IMG/VR virus record: IMGVR_UViG_3300009441_000007
From: an uncultured virus (IMG/VR IMGVR_UViG_3300009441_000007)
Taxonomy: Duplodnaviria > Heunggongvirae > Uroviricota > Caudoviricetes
Direction: 5' to 3' (one strand)
DNA length: 64,000 nucleotides
Below the pieces are notes generated by a model. That model was not told the DNA's origin and made no database searches. It was given only the letters and a program-made list of their open reading frames with translations. The translations under genes were made by a program, and so were the position numbers. Of the stretch, positions 31,016-40,352 are shown in pieces (within the stretch, counting starts at the first letter, position 1; the number at the start of each line of letters is the position of its first letter).

Positions 31016-31173
31016 TACCATTGGTGGACATTTCCTGCAATTATAAAGAAACATGTAATAAAATTTACGAGTACCACGACAGTTCTAATCATTGCAATCT
31101 TATCTGCCTCGATGTCGGTGTTTCCTTCCTTCTCGCCCAGACTCTTGGCCCACAATCTCCAGTACGTTTTCAT
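31015..31173 (-). CDS. Small membrane protein (52 aa)
   Basis: Manual translation MKTYWRLWAKSLGEKEGNTDIEADKIAMIRTVVVLVNFITCFFIIAGNVHQW; ATGA and TAATG couplings at both ends; resembles a small ORF recalled from marine T4-like phages. Confidence 0.75.
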   Translation of the reverse strand: MKTYWRLWAKSLGEKEGNTDIEADKIAMIRTVVVLVNFITCFFIIAGNVHQW

Positions 31174-31982
31174 CTCCAATGCTCCAATAGTTTAGGATCT
31201 GCGAGTTCATCCTGTTTTATAGTACCTCTACTTTCATCTTCAAATGGTAATAGGTCAACATTGAATACGCAGAGTATACAGTTCGGTCTGTATATACCAA
31301 TATTTAAATCATCTTCATCCCATGACCGCCCTCTATTATATGAGTACGCCATGTGCGAGGGGAAGTTGTCCCAAAGTTTTGCACCATACTCTCCCCATCT
31401 CCAAGAGTGGTAATTATCCGTGCCGTCTGTGAAGGTAAACCAAATCTTTTCTTGATTTTTTAGAACATCATTCCAGATAGGTTCTGCCTGATCATCACTC
31501 CACACTTGACAACTGCCATTCGTGTATGCACCATGAGACAGTTTGAATTGTCTGGTCTTCATTGGTCTAGGGTCTTGCCACCAAGACCGCATCTTAGTTG
31601 GTTGTTCGGTGTTGTACGTTAAGAGAGGCGTGATATCACCTTGGATTATTATATCCAAATCAAAGAAGATGAAACGTCCAGTTGGTTTATCTGCGGCAAA
31701 ATTGTGCGTGTTAAACACGAAGGTTTTTGGTCTATCCCAACAACGCGCCATGCCATACTTAAAGTCATCTGCGCCGAACCAGTATTTTGGGTGGATGTTA
31801 GGGATGTCTGGGAATGGGATAACTTTAATATCGGGGTCAAATCCCTCAGCATTGTCGGTATAACAGTAGAAATGGAAATCCATTGTCGTGGGTGTATTGC
31901 GTTTAGACATGTTATAAAGGCGATTAACAAAATGTGGGCCGTACTTGTCTCCCCATTTAGCACATACTACATTAACTCGCAT
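31170..31982 (-). CDS. Glycosyltransferase-like protein (KWG.KY family, GT-A)
   Basis: VVCAKWGDKY...VN.L..M, FYCYTD, CWDR.K, FFDLDIII, NGS, GTDNY, YSYNRG. Confidence 0.75.
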   Translation of the reverse strand: MRVNVVCAKWGDKYGPHFVNRLYNMSKRNTPTTMDFHFYCYTDNAEGFDPDIKVIPFPDIPNIHPKYWFGADDFKYGMARCWDRPKTFVFNTHNFAADKPTGRFIFFDLDIIIQGDITPLLTYNTEQPTKMRSWWQDPRPMKTRQFKLSHGAYTNGSCQVWSDDQAEPIWNDVLKNQEKIWFTFTDGTDNYHSWRWGEYGAKLWDNFPSHMAYSYNRGRSWDEDDLNIGIYRPNCILCVFNVDLLPFEDESRGTIKQDELADPKLLEHWR

Positions 31983-34704
31983 GGCAACCACCACACTTTT
32001 TATTACAAATATTCAAAGGATTCCTCTTTAAACTTTCACTTATATTTTCAAAGTCATTATTATATATAACCTCGCCCACGGTGAAATGGATTAAATTATT
32101 GTACTTACTATTGTATGTGTAGTCGATGGGGTGGTATGGCAATACCCTATTCTCTAATACATCTCTAGCAGTCCAAGCGCATGGGTATGCACCACCGTCA
32201 GAACTAATATAGAAGTAACCACTCTTTCGAGCATCACACCACACTGGTTCTGCTTTTTTCGCCTTGGGTTTTGGTCTCCTTACCTCATCTTTCTTCTTAA
32301 ATATTTTCAGTGTTTCTAAGTCAACTGGGATATCACTTGCTATCGTTTTCCTTATAACTGGCATATTCTCAGAGAGTTGAGGATGATCTATATATTCGAT
32401 ATCGTCAACCCATTCTGGCTTGAGATAACTTTTATCATACGTCTGAACATGCACCGTGACATTTTTCTTGCGAAAATATTTGCAGATGTCTTCAAACCAA
32501 AGCGCCTTGGTCGGGTCACTTATTTCACACATCAATGTCACCCAACTCACACCGTATCTATCGAATATCTTTTTGATAGATGATAAAGTGTGTTCGTGGC
32601 CAGTTACGAAGATGTCATTGTATTCGTCATCCGTATCATTTCTTGAACTACTGAGTTGAATTAACGCTCCTTCCGGTGAGCCATCTTCATACAATCCCTT
32701 GTACATGTCACTGTATTGTTCACCATGCATTTGAAAATACTTTACTAGGGTATCATCATCCGATGTCTTGTCCTGTTTTAAAATGTTTAACAGGTCATTT
32801 TTTGGTATGATGTTATATAGTCTTTCAAATACCGCCTCGTAATCCTGTTTGTAAAAGAGTTCTTTGAGATTATCGATGTAGTATCTTTTATATAATTGTT
32901 GTGTATCCTCATTACTTGCGTCCCAGAACAATCGCTGCATACCATAGAGTTTCACATTGTTCATAAACTCGTCTTTGAGTTTTGGTAGAACATTCTTGTG
33001 CCACAGTCTCCGATACAATGCAAAACATTGGTAGTTAGTAATGTTCCAAAAATATCTCACTGGGCCATGAACAACCTGTTCGGCCGAAACAACCGCATGT
33101 TGTCTAGCAATATATCTTTCTTTGTAGAAGTTGTATATACCATCCACATTCTTGTTCCAGTACAAGGATTGACTGCCATTGATAAGAAGTGTGTCCTCTG
33201 GGAAGTCTGCTAAAAACTTCTTATGCATGGAAATCATATCACCAGTATCATATATCTCCTTGATTGTATTCCTATGTTCTGGTTTTATCTGTCGAATGAA
33301 AGTCAGGTCAGATATTTCTTTCTCTATCTCTGGAAAGGCTTCTTTTATTTGTGACACTGTGCCTTCAAAGAGCAAATCTAGTTCGGGAAAATACTCAATC
33401 ATCTTATCGGCAAGAGATACCAAGTCGTTCTCTTCTATCATGGAACGAATGCCATTCACAATATTCGCATCCATATAATTCTTTTCTAGGGTATCATCCG
33501 ACATGGAATCAAACTTAGACCAGTTTTTGATATTGTTAAACGAGTTGTTGTACTGTTCCCAATCACTTTTAATCTTGGGGTTATCTTTCTTAAACTTCTC
33601 TTCAAGGATATTAAATACAACTTTGTGCATCTTGTAGACGAATCTATCCTCGTAGAATTCATAGATACCATCGGCATCTTTATTCCAATACAATGATTCA
33701 TCTCCACTGAGTAACAATGGGTCTGTTGGGAAGTCTGCTAAAAACTTCTTATGCATAGAAATCAAATCATTGCTGAATTCATCGATGGTTGATTTGTGTC
33801 TAGCCTCAATCTGTTTTACAAATGGGTCGTACTCATTTGCGTTTTCAATCAGGGTATCAATTCTATCCGTGTGTTTATTCTTATCGAAAAAATTGTCGGG
33901 AAACTTGGGTAACCAGAGTCTTTCAAATTCTGTTTTGCCATGCCAGTGGATTAAAAGATTGTAGTCTCTCAGTTCGTGTGGTTTGAGGTTGTTCTTATTT
34001 TTGCCGCCAATAGAATCTTCAAATATACAAAACTTAGAATTCTCTCTGTATAGATGTTGTGTTACGTCATCTGGATATGTTCTTCCCCTATTATACGAGT
34101 ACACCCAATCATCAGGCAAGAAAGTCCAATAGTTATCACCGACTACATCGTGTTCTCTGTAGGGATAATAGTTGTCAGTACCTTTGAAGAAAGTCTTAAA
34201 CACAGTATCTTTGTGTTTCATTACATCATTGTAAATCTTTTCGCCTTGGTCGGTACACCATAACATTACGCTGGAGTTATACAAACTTCCCCGTATGTCA
34301 CTAAATCTTCTATCCTTTAGTACGCGAGGGTCTTCCCAGTTAGAGTAAAACATGTGCGGGGATTTGGATAGTTCGTCTATCTCATCGATGTTGTTTTGGA
34401 TTATTACATCTAAATCTAGGTAACAGAAAGGCCCCTTTGTCTTCAACCAATGATGGGAGTTCAAGACAAGAAACTTTGCTCTATCCCAACAGAAGTTTTC
34501 TTGGCCAAACCAGTACTTTGGATGCAGGGGGTCTACATTTGGAATAGGTCGAATCTTGATAGATTTCTCTATGCCCTCTGGTTCGTCCGTGTAGCATATA
34601 AACTTAAACCGTTTGGAGTAGTTTTGCTGAACCATTTTGTAGAGATTGTTTACATATTCTGGAGAGTACTTGTTACCCCATTTTATGCAAAGAAAGTGCA
34701 TCAT
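31972..34704 (-). CDS. 910-aa fusion: N-terminal glycosyltransferase-like domain, helical repeats, C-terminal SPASM-like Cys cluster
   Basis: FLCIKWGNKY, ICYTD, YLDLDVII, NSSVM; internal repeat ISMHKKFLADFP...SLYWNK; C-terminal WC...YISSDG..YPC...IC.KKCGGC. Confidence 0.7.
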   Translation of the reverse strand: MMHFLCIKWGNKYSPEYVNNLYKMVQQNYSKRFKFICYTDEPEGIEKSIKIRPIPNVDPLHPKYWFGQENFCWDRAKFLVLNSHHWLKTKGPFCYLDLDVIIQNNIDEIDELSKSPHMFYSNWEDPRVLKDRRFSDIRGSLYNSSVMLWCTDQGEKIYNDVMKHKDTVFKTFFKGTDNYYPYREHDVVGDNYWTFLPDDWVYSYNRGRTYPDDVTQHLYRENSKFCIFEDSIGGKNKNNLKPHELRDYNLLIHWHGKTEFERLWLPKFPDNFFDKNKHTDRIDTLIENANEYDPFVKQIEARHKSTIDEFSNDLISMHKKFLADFPTDPLLLSGDESLYWNKDADGIYEFYEDRFVYKMHKVVFNILEEKFKKDNPKIKSDWEQYNNSFNNIKNWSKFDSMSDDTLEKNYMDANIVNGIRSMIEENDLVSLADKMIEYFPELDLLFEGTVSQIKEAFPEIEKEISDLTFIRQIKPEHRNTIKEIYDTGDMISMHKKFLADFPEDTLLINGSQSLYWNKNVDGIYNFYKERYIARQHAVVSAEQVVHGPVRYFWNITNYQCFALYRRLWHKNVLPKLKDEFMNNVKLYGMQRLFWDASNEDTQQLYKRYYIDNLKELFYKQDYEAVFERLYNIIPKNDLLNILKQDKTSDDDTLVKYFQMHGEQYSDMYKGLYEDGSPEGALIQLSSSRNDTDDEYNDIFVTGHEHTLSSIKKIFDRYGVSWVTLMCEISDPTKALWFEDICKYFRKKNVTVHVQTYDKSYLKPEWVDDIEYIDHPQLSENMPVIRKTIASDIPVDLETLKIFKKKDEVRRPKPKAKKAEPVWCDARKSGYFYISSDGGAYPCAWTARDVLENRVLPYHPIDYTYNSKYNNLIHFTVGEVIYNNDFENISESLKRNPLNICNKKCGGCHAS
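33199..33756. repeat. 30-bp exact direct repeat (33199-33228 and 33727-33756) marking a duplicated protein domain
   Basis: TGGGAAGTCTGCTAAAAACTTCTTATGCAT occurs at both positions. Confidence 0.85.
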
Positions 34705-35317
34705 AATATTTTTGTCTCAAATTGTAGTTGACTTCATTTTGCCCATTCAAAAGAACAACTGGGTAATCTGGTTTTATTTGATGGGCCCTTGGGGAAGTAT
34801 CTGATTCAACATCTACGCCGCCAAGAAAAGAGTATATCAACCCTTTAGGAAAGGTTCTCTTGAATAGGTTCTCATCATATAAAAAGTTATCATCCTTACC
34901 GTTATATTTATGCAAGTTATAATCATAGTTCTCAAAGAAATACTCTGGTATGTGACTTGCATTAGACTTGTTCCATGCCATAACACTGGAGTTCCACTCA
35001 CCCCCGAAGTTTTTCCAATATGTCTCACATATGGTAGGTTCATCACACAACGCGAATAACGGGTCAAGATTACCCTGTACGATGACATCCAAGTCAAGGT
35101 ATAGGTTATCTCCATCAAAACTATTGTGGAGGAGAGATATTTTTTCCCAGTTACCCAATCCATCTATAGGAAGACAATCTATGTTGTCATTTAGTCCAGT
35201 GGTGAGATCGGTGAAACAAACGAACCTGTCAAACTGATTTTCACACATATTATAAATAGTGTTTACGCAATCAGAAGAGTACTTGTTTCCGTATTTAAGG
35301 GTGACAATGGTTCTCAT
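34673..35317 (-). CDS. Glycosyltransferase-like protein (KYG.KY family, GT-A)
   Basis: LKYGNKY...VN, FVCFTD, WEKI, LYLDLDVIV, WNSSVMAW, YSF. Confidence 0.75.
   Translation of the reverse strand: MRTIVTLKYGNKYSSDCVNTIYNMCENQFDRFVCFTDLTTGLNDNIDCLPIDGLGNWEKISLLHNSFDGDNLYLDLDVIVQGNLDPLFALCDEPTICETYWKNFGGEWNSSVMAWNKSNASHIPEYFFENYDYNLHKYNGKDDNFLYDENLFKRTFPKGLIYSFLGGVDVESDTSPRAHQIKPDYPVVLLNGQNEVNYNLRQKYYDALSLHKMG
35251..35258 (+). promoter_or_regulatory. T4 late promoter TATAAATA for the 35335 operon
   Basis: Exact consensus, embedded antisense in the GT gene. Confidence 0.6.
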
Positions 35318-35334
35318 AATTAAAGGTATATTCC

Positions 35335-35667
35335 ATGGCGAAGAAAGTAATTAAAAATTTGGTGATAGACCAAGGTGCAACTTACAGTGAGACTATTGCT
35401 GTTACCACTGATGGGGCCACCATAATGAACCTTACAGGGTACGTTGTGACTTCTCAATTCCGAAAGAGTTATGATAGTACTACTTATACAAGTTTTACAA
35501 CCGCTGATGTGGACGCCACTGGTGTTATTACACTGTCGTTAACTTCAACACAGACAGCTGCGCTAAAATATGGTCGGTATGTTTATGATGTAGAAATTGC
35601 GAGTTCATCTAATACATATAGAGTACAAGAAGGTATAGTAACCGTTTCGCCCCAAGTAACCAAATAG
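35335..35667 (+). CDS. Conserved virion protein (BppU N-terminal-like beta domain)
   Basis: NL.IDQGAT, NLTGY....Q.RKSY, G.ITLSLT..QT..L..GRY.YDVEI......RV.EG..TV.P.VT. Confidence 0.7.
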   Translation: MAKKVIKNLVIDQGATYSETIAVTTDGATIMNLTGYVVTSQFRKSYDSTTYTSFTTADVDATGVITLSLTSTQTAALKYGRYVYDVEIASSSNTYRVQEGIVTVSPQVTK

Positions 35668-35677
35668 GATTTGAGTC

Positions 35678-35836
35678 ATGGGTAAGAATTATCTTGAAAC
35701 CCTACAAGATTTGACCGAACTGAATGGTGACGGTAACAGGGATCGAGGAAGAGATGGAGAAGACAATACGCCGCAGAGTGCATGTTACATATGCAAATGT
35801 GACCCATGCCAATGCAAAGCCGTTGAGGACGCATAA
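35678..35836 (+). CDS. 52-aa protein with Cys-rich C-terminus
   Basis: Manual translation MGKNYLETLQDLTELNGDGNRDRGRDGEDNTPQSACYICKCDPCQCKAVEDA; fills the gap, stop abuts next ATG. Confidence 0.6.
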   Translation: MGKNYLETLQDLTELNGDGNRDRGRDGEDNTPQSACYICKCDPCQCKAVEDA

Positions 35837-37579
35837 ATGAAAGACGAACTAAAGAAACTCTTTGAAGCTATAGCAAAAGAGAAAGATAGAACCAAGGCCT
35901 TAGAGATAGACAAAACACTAAAGGTTGTTGCCAAGAAAAGAAAGAAACAAGATCATAGTGCATCTGTTAAGGAAGATTTCTGGGGCGTATTCAAAAGTCA
36001 ACTCAAAACACTGGGTGAAGAAGAGTCTGCGAACAAAAGTAAACTCCAACAGTTGCAGGAAATCAAAAAAGAATTCCAAGACGTAACACCATTGATTCTA
36101 CAGGATGAAGAAGAGGTTGTTGTTGAGTCGGCACTGCCAGATTTCTTTGCTGATATTGACCCAGCGAAAATGTCAAACGAGTTTGATATCAGACCAGTTA
36201 GTGAAATATCAGAAGTTACTTTACCATATACAAATCAACCATATCAATTAAAAGACCACCCGATACAACTCATAGAGACCCCCGTAGAAAAGTCTGGTAT
36301 ACAAGACCCAGATATATTTGGTCTTGAGTCGAAGGTTAATAAACTGGAGGAGAAATACTCTGGTGTTATCAACAAGATAGAAGAAGGTAGGGTTTCCACT
36401 CTGTTTGATGAACACAAGTCAGCCGATGATGTGATTGCTGAGTTGTTGGATACTAGTGCTTCTCTGCAACCAGTTGAAACAGTTGATAAGGACGAAAGAA
36501 ACTTACAAGAACTTGCAGTAAATTATCTCAAAGAGAAGAAAAAGGTAGTAAAAGAACAGGTAGACGAAAACGAAGGTCTACAACAACAGATTACTGGCAT
36601 CAATTCACATATACGACAATTGATATTGGGTATGCAAGGCATTGGTGGCGGTGGTGAAGTTCGCCTAGAATTCTTAGATGACATCGACAGAGATACCGCA
36701 AAGGTAAATGGAAAATTCCTTCAGTACAATGCCACATCTAAGAAATGGGTTGGTGCAGATGCAGATGATTCCGATGTACCATTCTCTGCTGTAACATCCA
36801 GACCCACTACATTATCTGGATATGGAATAACTGATGCTGTTACCGCATCAACTACAACTACATTTACAAATAAAACTTTTGATGCAGATGCAACTGGCAA
36901 CTCACTTACAAATATTGAAGATGACAATATTAAAGCGGGAGCGGAAATTAATGCAACTAAGATTGCAGACGGTTCCGTAACAAACACTGAGTTTCAGTAC
37001 ATTAGTACATTATCTTCAAATGCACAAACACAGATTACTAGTAAAATTGGGTTGACAGGTCTTGCCATTAGTGCAGACGCATCTGCTTCTGGTAGTGGTG
37101 GAATCTCATATAATAATTCCAATGGACAATTCACATATACGCCACCGGACTTATCATCATACGCGGCCGCTTCCAATGTAAGTAATGTTACAAACGAAAG
37201 TAAAGCAACGATGTTTACCAGTGCGGCTTTAACGGGAACCCCGACCGCGCCAACTGCAACCGCGGCTACTAATACAACACAGATAGCAACAACCGCATTT
37301 ACGACAACGGCAGTTGCAAATCTACTTGATTCTGCACCGGCAACTTTAAATACTTTAAATGAACTTGCTGCTGCCTTGGGTGATGATGCCGCCTTTAGTA
37401 CCACCATATCAAATTCGATTGGTCTGAAAGCACCTTTGGCTAGTCCTGCTTTGACAGGAACTCCGTCTGCACCAACCGCCTCAACGGGGACAAACACCAC
37501 GCAACTTGCCACTACAGCTTATGTCAAACAGGAAATTGACGCATTGAAGGCCTTGTTGTATGCCTATGACCAATCCTAA
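35837..37579 (+). CDS. Virion protein: acidic coiled N-terminus, GGGGEVRLEFLDD motif, C-terminal tail-fibre repeats
   Basis: GGGGEVRLEFLDD...NGKFLQY; ALTGTPTAPT...NTTQIATTAF and LDSAP.TLNTLNELAAALGDD fibre motifs. Confidence 0.65.
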   Translation: MKDELKKLFEAIAKEKDRTKALEIDKTLKVVAKKRKKQDHSASVKEDFWGVFKSQLKTLGEEESANKSKLQQLQEIKKEFQDVTPLILQDEEEVVVESALPDFFADIDPAKMSNEFDIRPVSEISEVTLPYTNQPYQLKDHPIQLIETPVEKSGIQDPDIFGLESKVNKLEEKYSGVINKIEEGRVSTLFDEHKSADDVIAELLDTSASLQPVETVDKDERNLQELAVNYLKEKKKVVKEQVDENEGLQQQITGINSHIRQLILGMQGIGGGGEVRLEFLDDIDRDTAKVNGKFLQYNATSKKWVGADADDSDVPFSAVTSRPTTLSGYGITDAVTASTTTTFTNKTFDADATGNSLTNIEDDNIKAGAEINATKIADGSVTNTEFQYISTLSSNAQTQITSKIGLTGLAISADASASGSGGISYNNSNGQFTYTPPDLSSYAAASNVSNVTNESKATMFTSAALTGTPTAPTATAATNTTQIATTAFTTTAVANLLDSAPATLNTLNELAAALGDDAAFSTTISNSIGLKAPLASPALTGTPSAPTASTGTNTTQLATTAYVKQEIDALKALLYAYDQS

Positions 37580-37583
37580 GTCT

Positions 37584-37591
37584 TATAAATA
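37584..37591 (+). promoter_or_regulatory. T4 late promoter TATAAATA upstream of gp13
   Basis: Exact consensus. Confidence 0.75.
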
Positions 37592-37631
37592 GTCGAAAGT
37601 ATTAGAAAACTATTTACCATTAGGAGTTCAC

Positions 37632-38597
37632 ATGGCAATTTCCTCACGACAAGGGCTCATCGATTACTGTTTACGAAGGTTGGGATACCCAGTAATAGAG
37701 ATAAATGTCGATGATGACCAGATAGAAGACAGAATAGATGATGCTTTCCAACACTGGAACGAGTATCATTTTGATGGCGTTGAGCGTTCTTACATCAAAC
37801 GAGAATTAACTGGTTCGGCATTGACCATATCCACGGCCGCGACCTTCACGGAAGGTGAAAGAGTTACGGGTGGAACTACAAACGCAATAGCTATAGTCCA
37901 CAAGTCTAGTGCTGGAACTTCAGTTGTTTACGAAAAACCAATTACCGCTACAGAATTCGCAGTCGGCGAAGACATTACTGGGTTTGACTCTGGCGCAACT
38001 GGCACAATTACTGCAATTGTCAAGGGTGACATAGAGAACGGATACATACCAATTGGGAATGAAGTTCTCAATGTAACAAAGTTATTTAAGTTTGGTGGTG
38101 TCTACGGAAGAGGCGGTGGCAAATCAGATGGACTGTTTGATGTTGACTATCAGTTTGCATTGAATGACATGTACAACTTACTGTCTGCGGATGTCACATA
38201 CTACGCCCAAGTCAAGACTCACATGAATCTATTGGAAAATCTTTTTACCAATGAAAGACCTATACGATTCAATAGAAAAACAAATCGAGTCTACATCGAT
38301 ACCGACATGGATAGAACCTTCAATATAGGTAACTGGGTTATCGCAGAAGGATATGCAATCATAGACGCGACAACATTTACCGAAGTCTACGATGATATGT
38401 TTTTGAAACGATACGCAACCGCGCTTATAAAAAGGCAGTGGGGCGAAAACATGAAGAAGTTTGGTGGAATTGCTTTGCCCGGTGGGGTAACTCTCAATGG
38501 AGACCAAATATATACGGAAGCAATTCAAGAAGTTGCTACTATTGAGGATGAAATGCAATTGAAGTATGAATTGCCACCGATGATGATAGCAGGGTAA
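37632..38597 (+). CDS. gp13: Neck protein gp13
   Basis: LIDYCLRRLG.PVIEINVDDDQ.EDRID, FLKRYATALIKRQWG.N..KF.G..LPGGVTLNG. Confidence 0.92.
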   Translation: MAISSRQGLIDYCLRRLGYPVIEINVDDDQIEDRIDDAFQHWNEYHFDGVERSYIKRELTGSALTISTAATFTEGERVTGGTTNAIAIVHKSSAGTSVVYEKPITATEFAVGEDITGFDSGATGTITAIVKGDIENGYIPIGNEVLNVTKLFKFGGVYGRGGGKSDGLFDVDYQFALNDMYNLLSADVTYYAQVKTHMNLLENLFTNERPIRFNRKTNRVYIDTDMDRTFNIGNWVIAEGYAIIDATTFTEVYDDMFLKRYATALIKRQWGENMKKFGGIALPGGVTLNGDQIYTEAIQEVATIEDEMQLKYELPPMMIAG

Positions 38598-38601
38598 TCA
38601 A

Positions 38602-39354
38602 ATGGCTACGAATGTTTATTTCCAATCAGGCAATACCAGCGGAACTACAGGCGAACAACGTCTAGTAGAAGACTTGGTTATTGAAAGTCTAAAAATATAC
38701 GGACACGATGTTCACTATATGCCTAGGACTTTGGTAAATAGGGATACCATTTTCGATGAAGATGAACTGTCCAAGTTCTCACAACAGTACCCACTCGAAA
38801 TGTACATGGAAAATGTCGAGGGGTTTGAAGGAGAGGGTGATTTATTCAGTAGGTTCGGTATAGAGATTAGAGATTCCGCGACCTTTATCCTATCTAAAAG
38901 ACGATGGGAACAAATGGTAGACAGGGAATCTGACGCCGGTGGCACATTCCAACTGGCAGCAAGGCCCGCCGAGGGTGACTTGTTGTATTTTCCCAAGACC
39001 GGATCTATATTTGAAATCAAATTTGTAGAGTTCCAAAATCCATTCTACCAGTTGGGAAAGATATATACATTTAAGATTCAAGCTGAACTCTTTGAATATA
39101 GTTCAGAAAGATTGGATACTGGTAATACTGACATTGATGGCATCGAAGACCTACAGAGTCTCGATATATTACAGTTCCAGTTCCAGTTAGAAACCGGAGA
39201 CTTGTTGAAGTTTGAAAACAACGACACTCTAATACTAGAGAGTTTTGCTACGGGTAGAGGTAACACGGGTGCAGATAATGCCGACTTTGATGAATGGCAG
39301 AAGGCATCTAACATACTCGACTTCACAGAATCGAATCCATTTGGTGAGATATAA
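38602..39354 (+). CDS. gp14: Neck protein gp14
   Basis: EQ.LVEDL..ESLKIYG.DV.Y.PR, RFG.EIRD, RP.EGDL.YFP, FYQLGK, DF.E.NPFG. Confidence 0.92.
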   Translation: MATNVYFQSGNTSGTTGEQRLVEDLVIESLKIYGHDVHYMPRTLVNRDTIFDEDELSKFSQQYPLEMYMENVEGFEGEGDLFSRFGIEIRDSATFILSKRRWEQMVDRESDAGGTFQLAARPAEGDLLYFPKTGSIFEIKFVEFQNPFYQLGKIYTFKIQAELFEYSSERLDTGNTDIDGIEDLQSLDILQFQFQLETGDLLKFENNDTLILESFATGRGNTGADNADFDEWQKASNILDFTESNPFGEI

Positions 39355-40352
39355 TGTTTAAAAATAAACAATTTTATAATCAACACACTCGCAAAGCTAT
39401 AATTGCATTTGGAACTATTTTTAATAATCTCCAAATCAATCGGGTGAATGCTAGTAATGTGACTGAACAGGTCATTCGTATTCCGCTTTCATATTCAACC
39501 AAACAGAAATTTCTGTCTAGAATTGAAGCTATTCCAACCACCGAATCTCGTGGTGAGGTTGCTATAGTTCTACCCAGAATGGGGTTTGAGATTATAGGGT
39601 TGCAGTATGACCCAGCAAGGAAGGTCTCGCCAATACAAAAGAATATAACTACAACTGGTCAACAGACAAATAGTTATAAGACAAGTTTTGTTTCCACTCC
39701 ATATGATATGAACATTTCATTGTATCTCTTTGCTAAAAATCAAGAAGATGCGTTACAGGTAGTAGAACAGATATTGCCATACTTCAACCCAGATTTCAAT
39801 GTTACTATTAATGACTTGCCTGAGTTGGGTATCAAAAGAGATATAAAGATAACATTAGACAGTATTAGTTATGAAGATACAACCGTTGGTGCGTTTGCAG
39901 ATAGACAAAGTATTAACTGGACTTTGAACTTCACGATGAAATTAAACTATTACGGGTTTGTAAGTAATCAATCGTTCATTAAGAAAGCAATTGTACAGGC
40001 ATATGAGAACCCAGCGATGGCTGGCCCTAATGTCAAACTTACACAATCGGTTGGAACAACATTGCCAACCGCGGCCGCTACGATTGCATTGGGCGCATTA
40101 TCCGCAATCGATGTAATATATGGTGGCGATGGGTACACCAATGCACCGAATGTTAACCTCACAGGTAACGCTAGGGCCCACGCAGAAATTTCTACCGCCG
40201 GTTCGGTAACTAGAATTATCATTGATGATGCTGGAAGTGGTTACGCAACAGCACCCACTGTGTCATTTGAAGAACCACCCAATTATAATGCTAACCCCAA
40301 TAAGGATGACCCTTATAGGTTCGTGGAGGAGTTTGACCAAACTTATGTATAA
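39354..40352 (+). CDS. gp15: Tail sheath stabilizer/terminator gp15 with C-terminal beta-repeat insertion
   Basis: FY....RK.I.AFGT.FN, PL.Y....KFL.R, LPRMGFEI, QI.PYF.P. Confidence 0.92.
   Translation: MFKNKQFYNQHTRKAIIAFGTIFNNLQINRVNASNVTEQVIRIPLSYSTKQKFLSRIEAIPTTESRGEVAIVLPRMGFEIIGLQYDPARKVSPIQKNITTTGQQTNSYKTSFVSTPYDMNISLYLFAKNQEDALQVVEQILPYFNPDFNVTINDLPELGIKRDIKITLDSISYEDTTVGAFADRQSINWTLNFTMKLNYYGFVSNQSFIKKAIVQAYENPAMAGPNVKLTQSVGTTLPTAAATIALGALSAIDVIYGGDGYTNAPNVNLTGNARAHAEISTAGSVTRIIIDDAGSGYATAPTVSFEEPPNYNANPNKDDPYRFVEEFDQTYV

Noticed and set aside
33199..33756. 30-bp repeat as a possible DGR template/variable repeat or CRISPR remnant
   Set aside because: Two in-frame copies inside one gene, no adenine-specific variation, and no reverse transcriptase or cas genes in the window
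12644..37512. Long minus-strand ORFs opposite structural genes (e.g. 12644-13198, 15758-16345, 36994-37512)
   Set aside because: Shadows caused by codon bias in Thr/Ala/Gly-rich genes; no SD or family motifs
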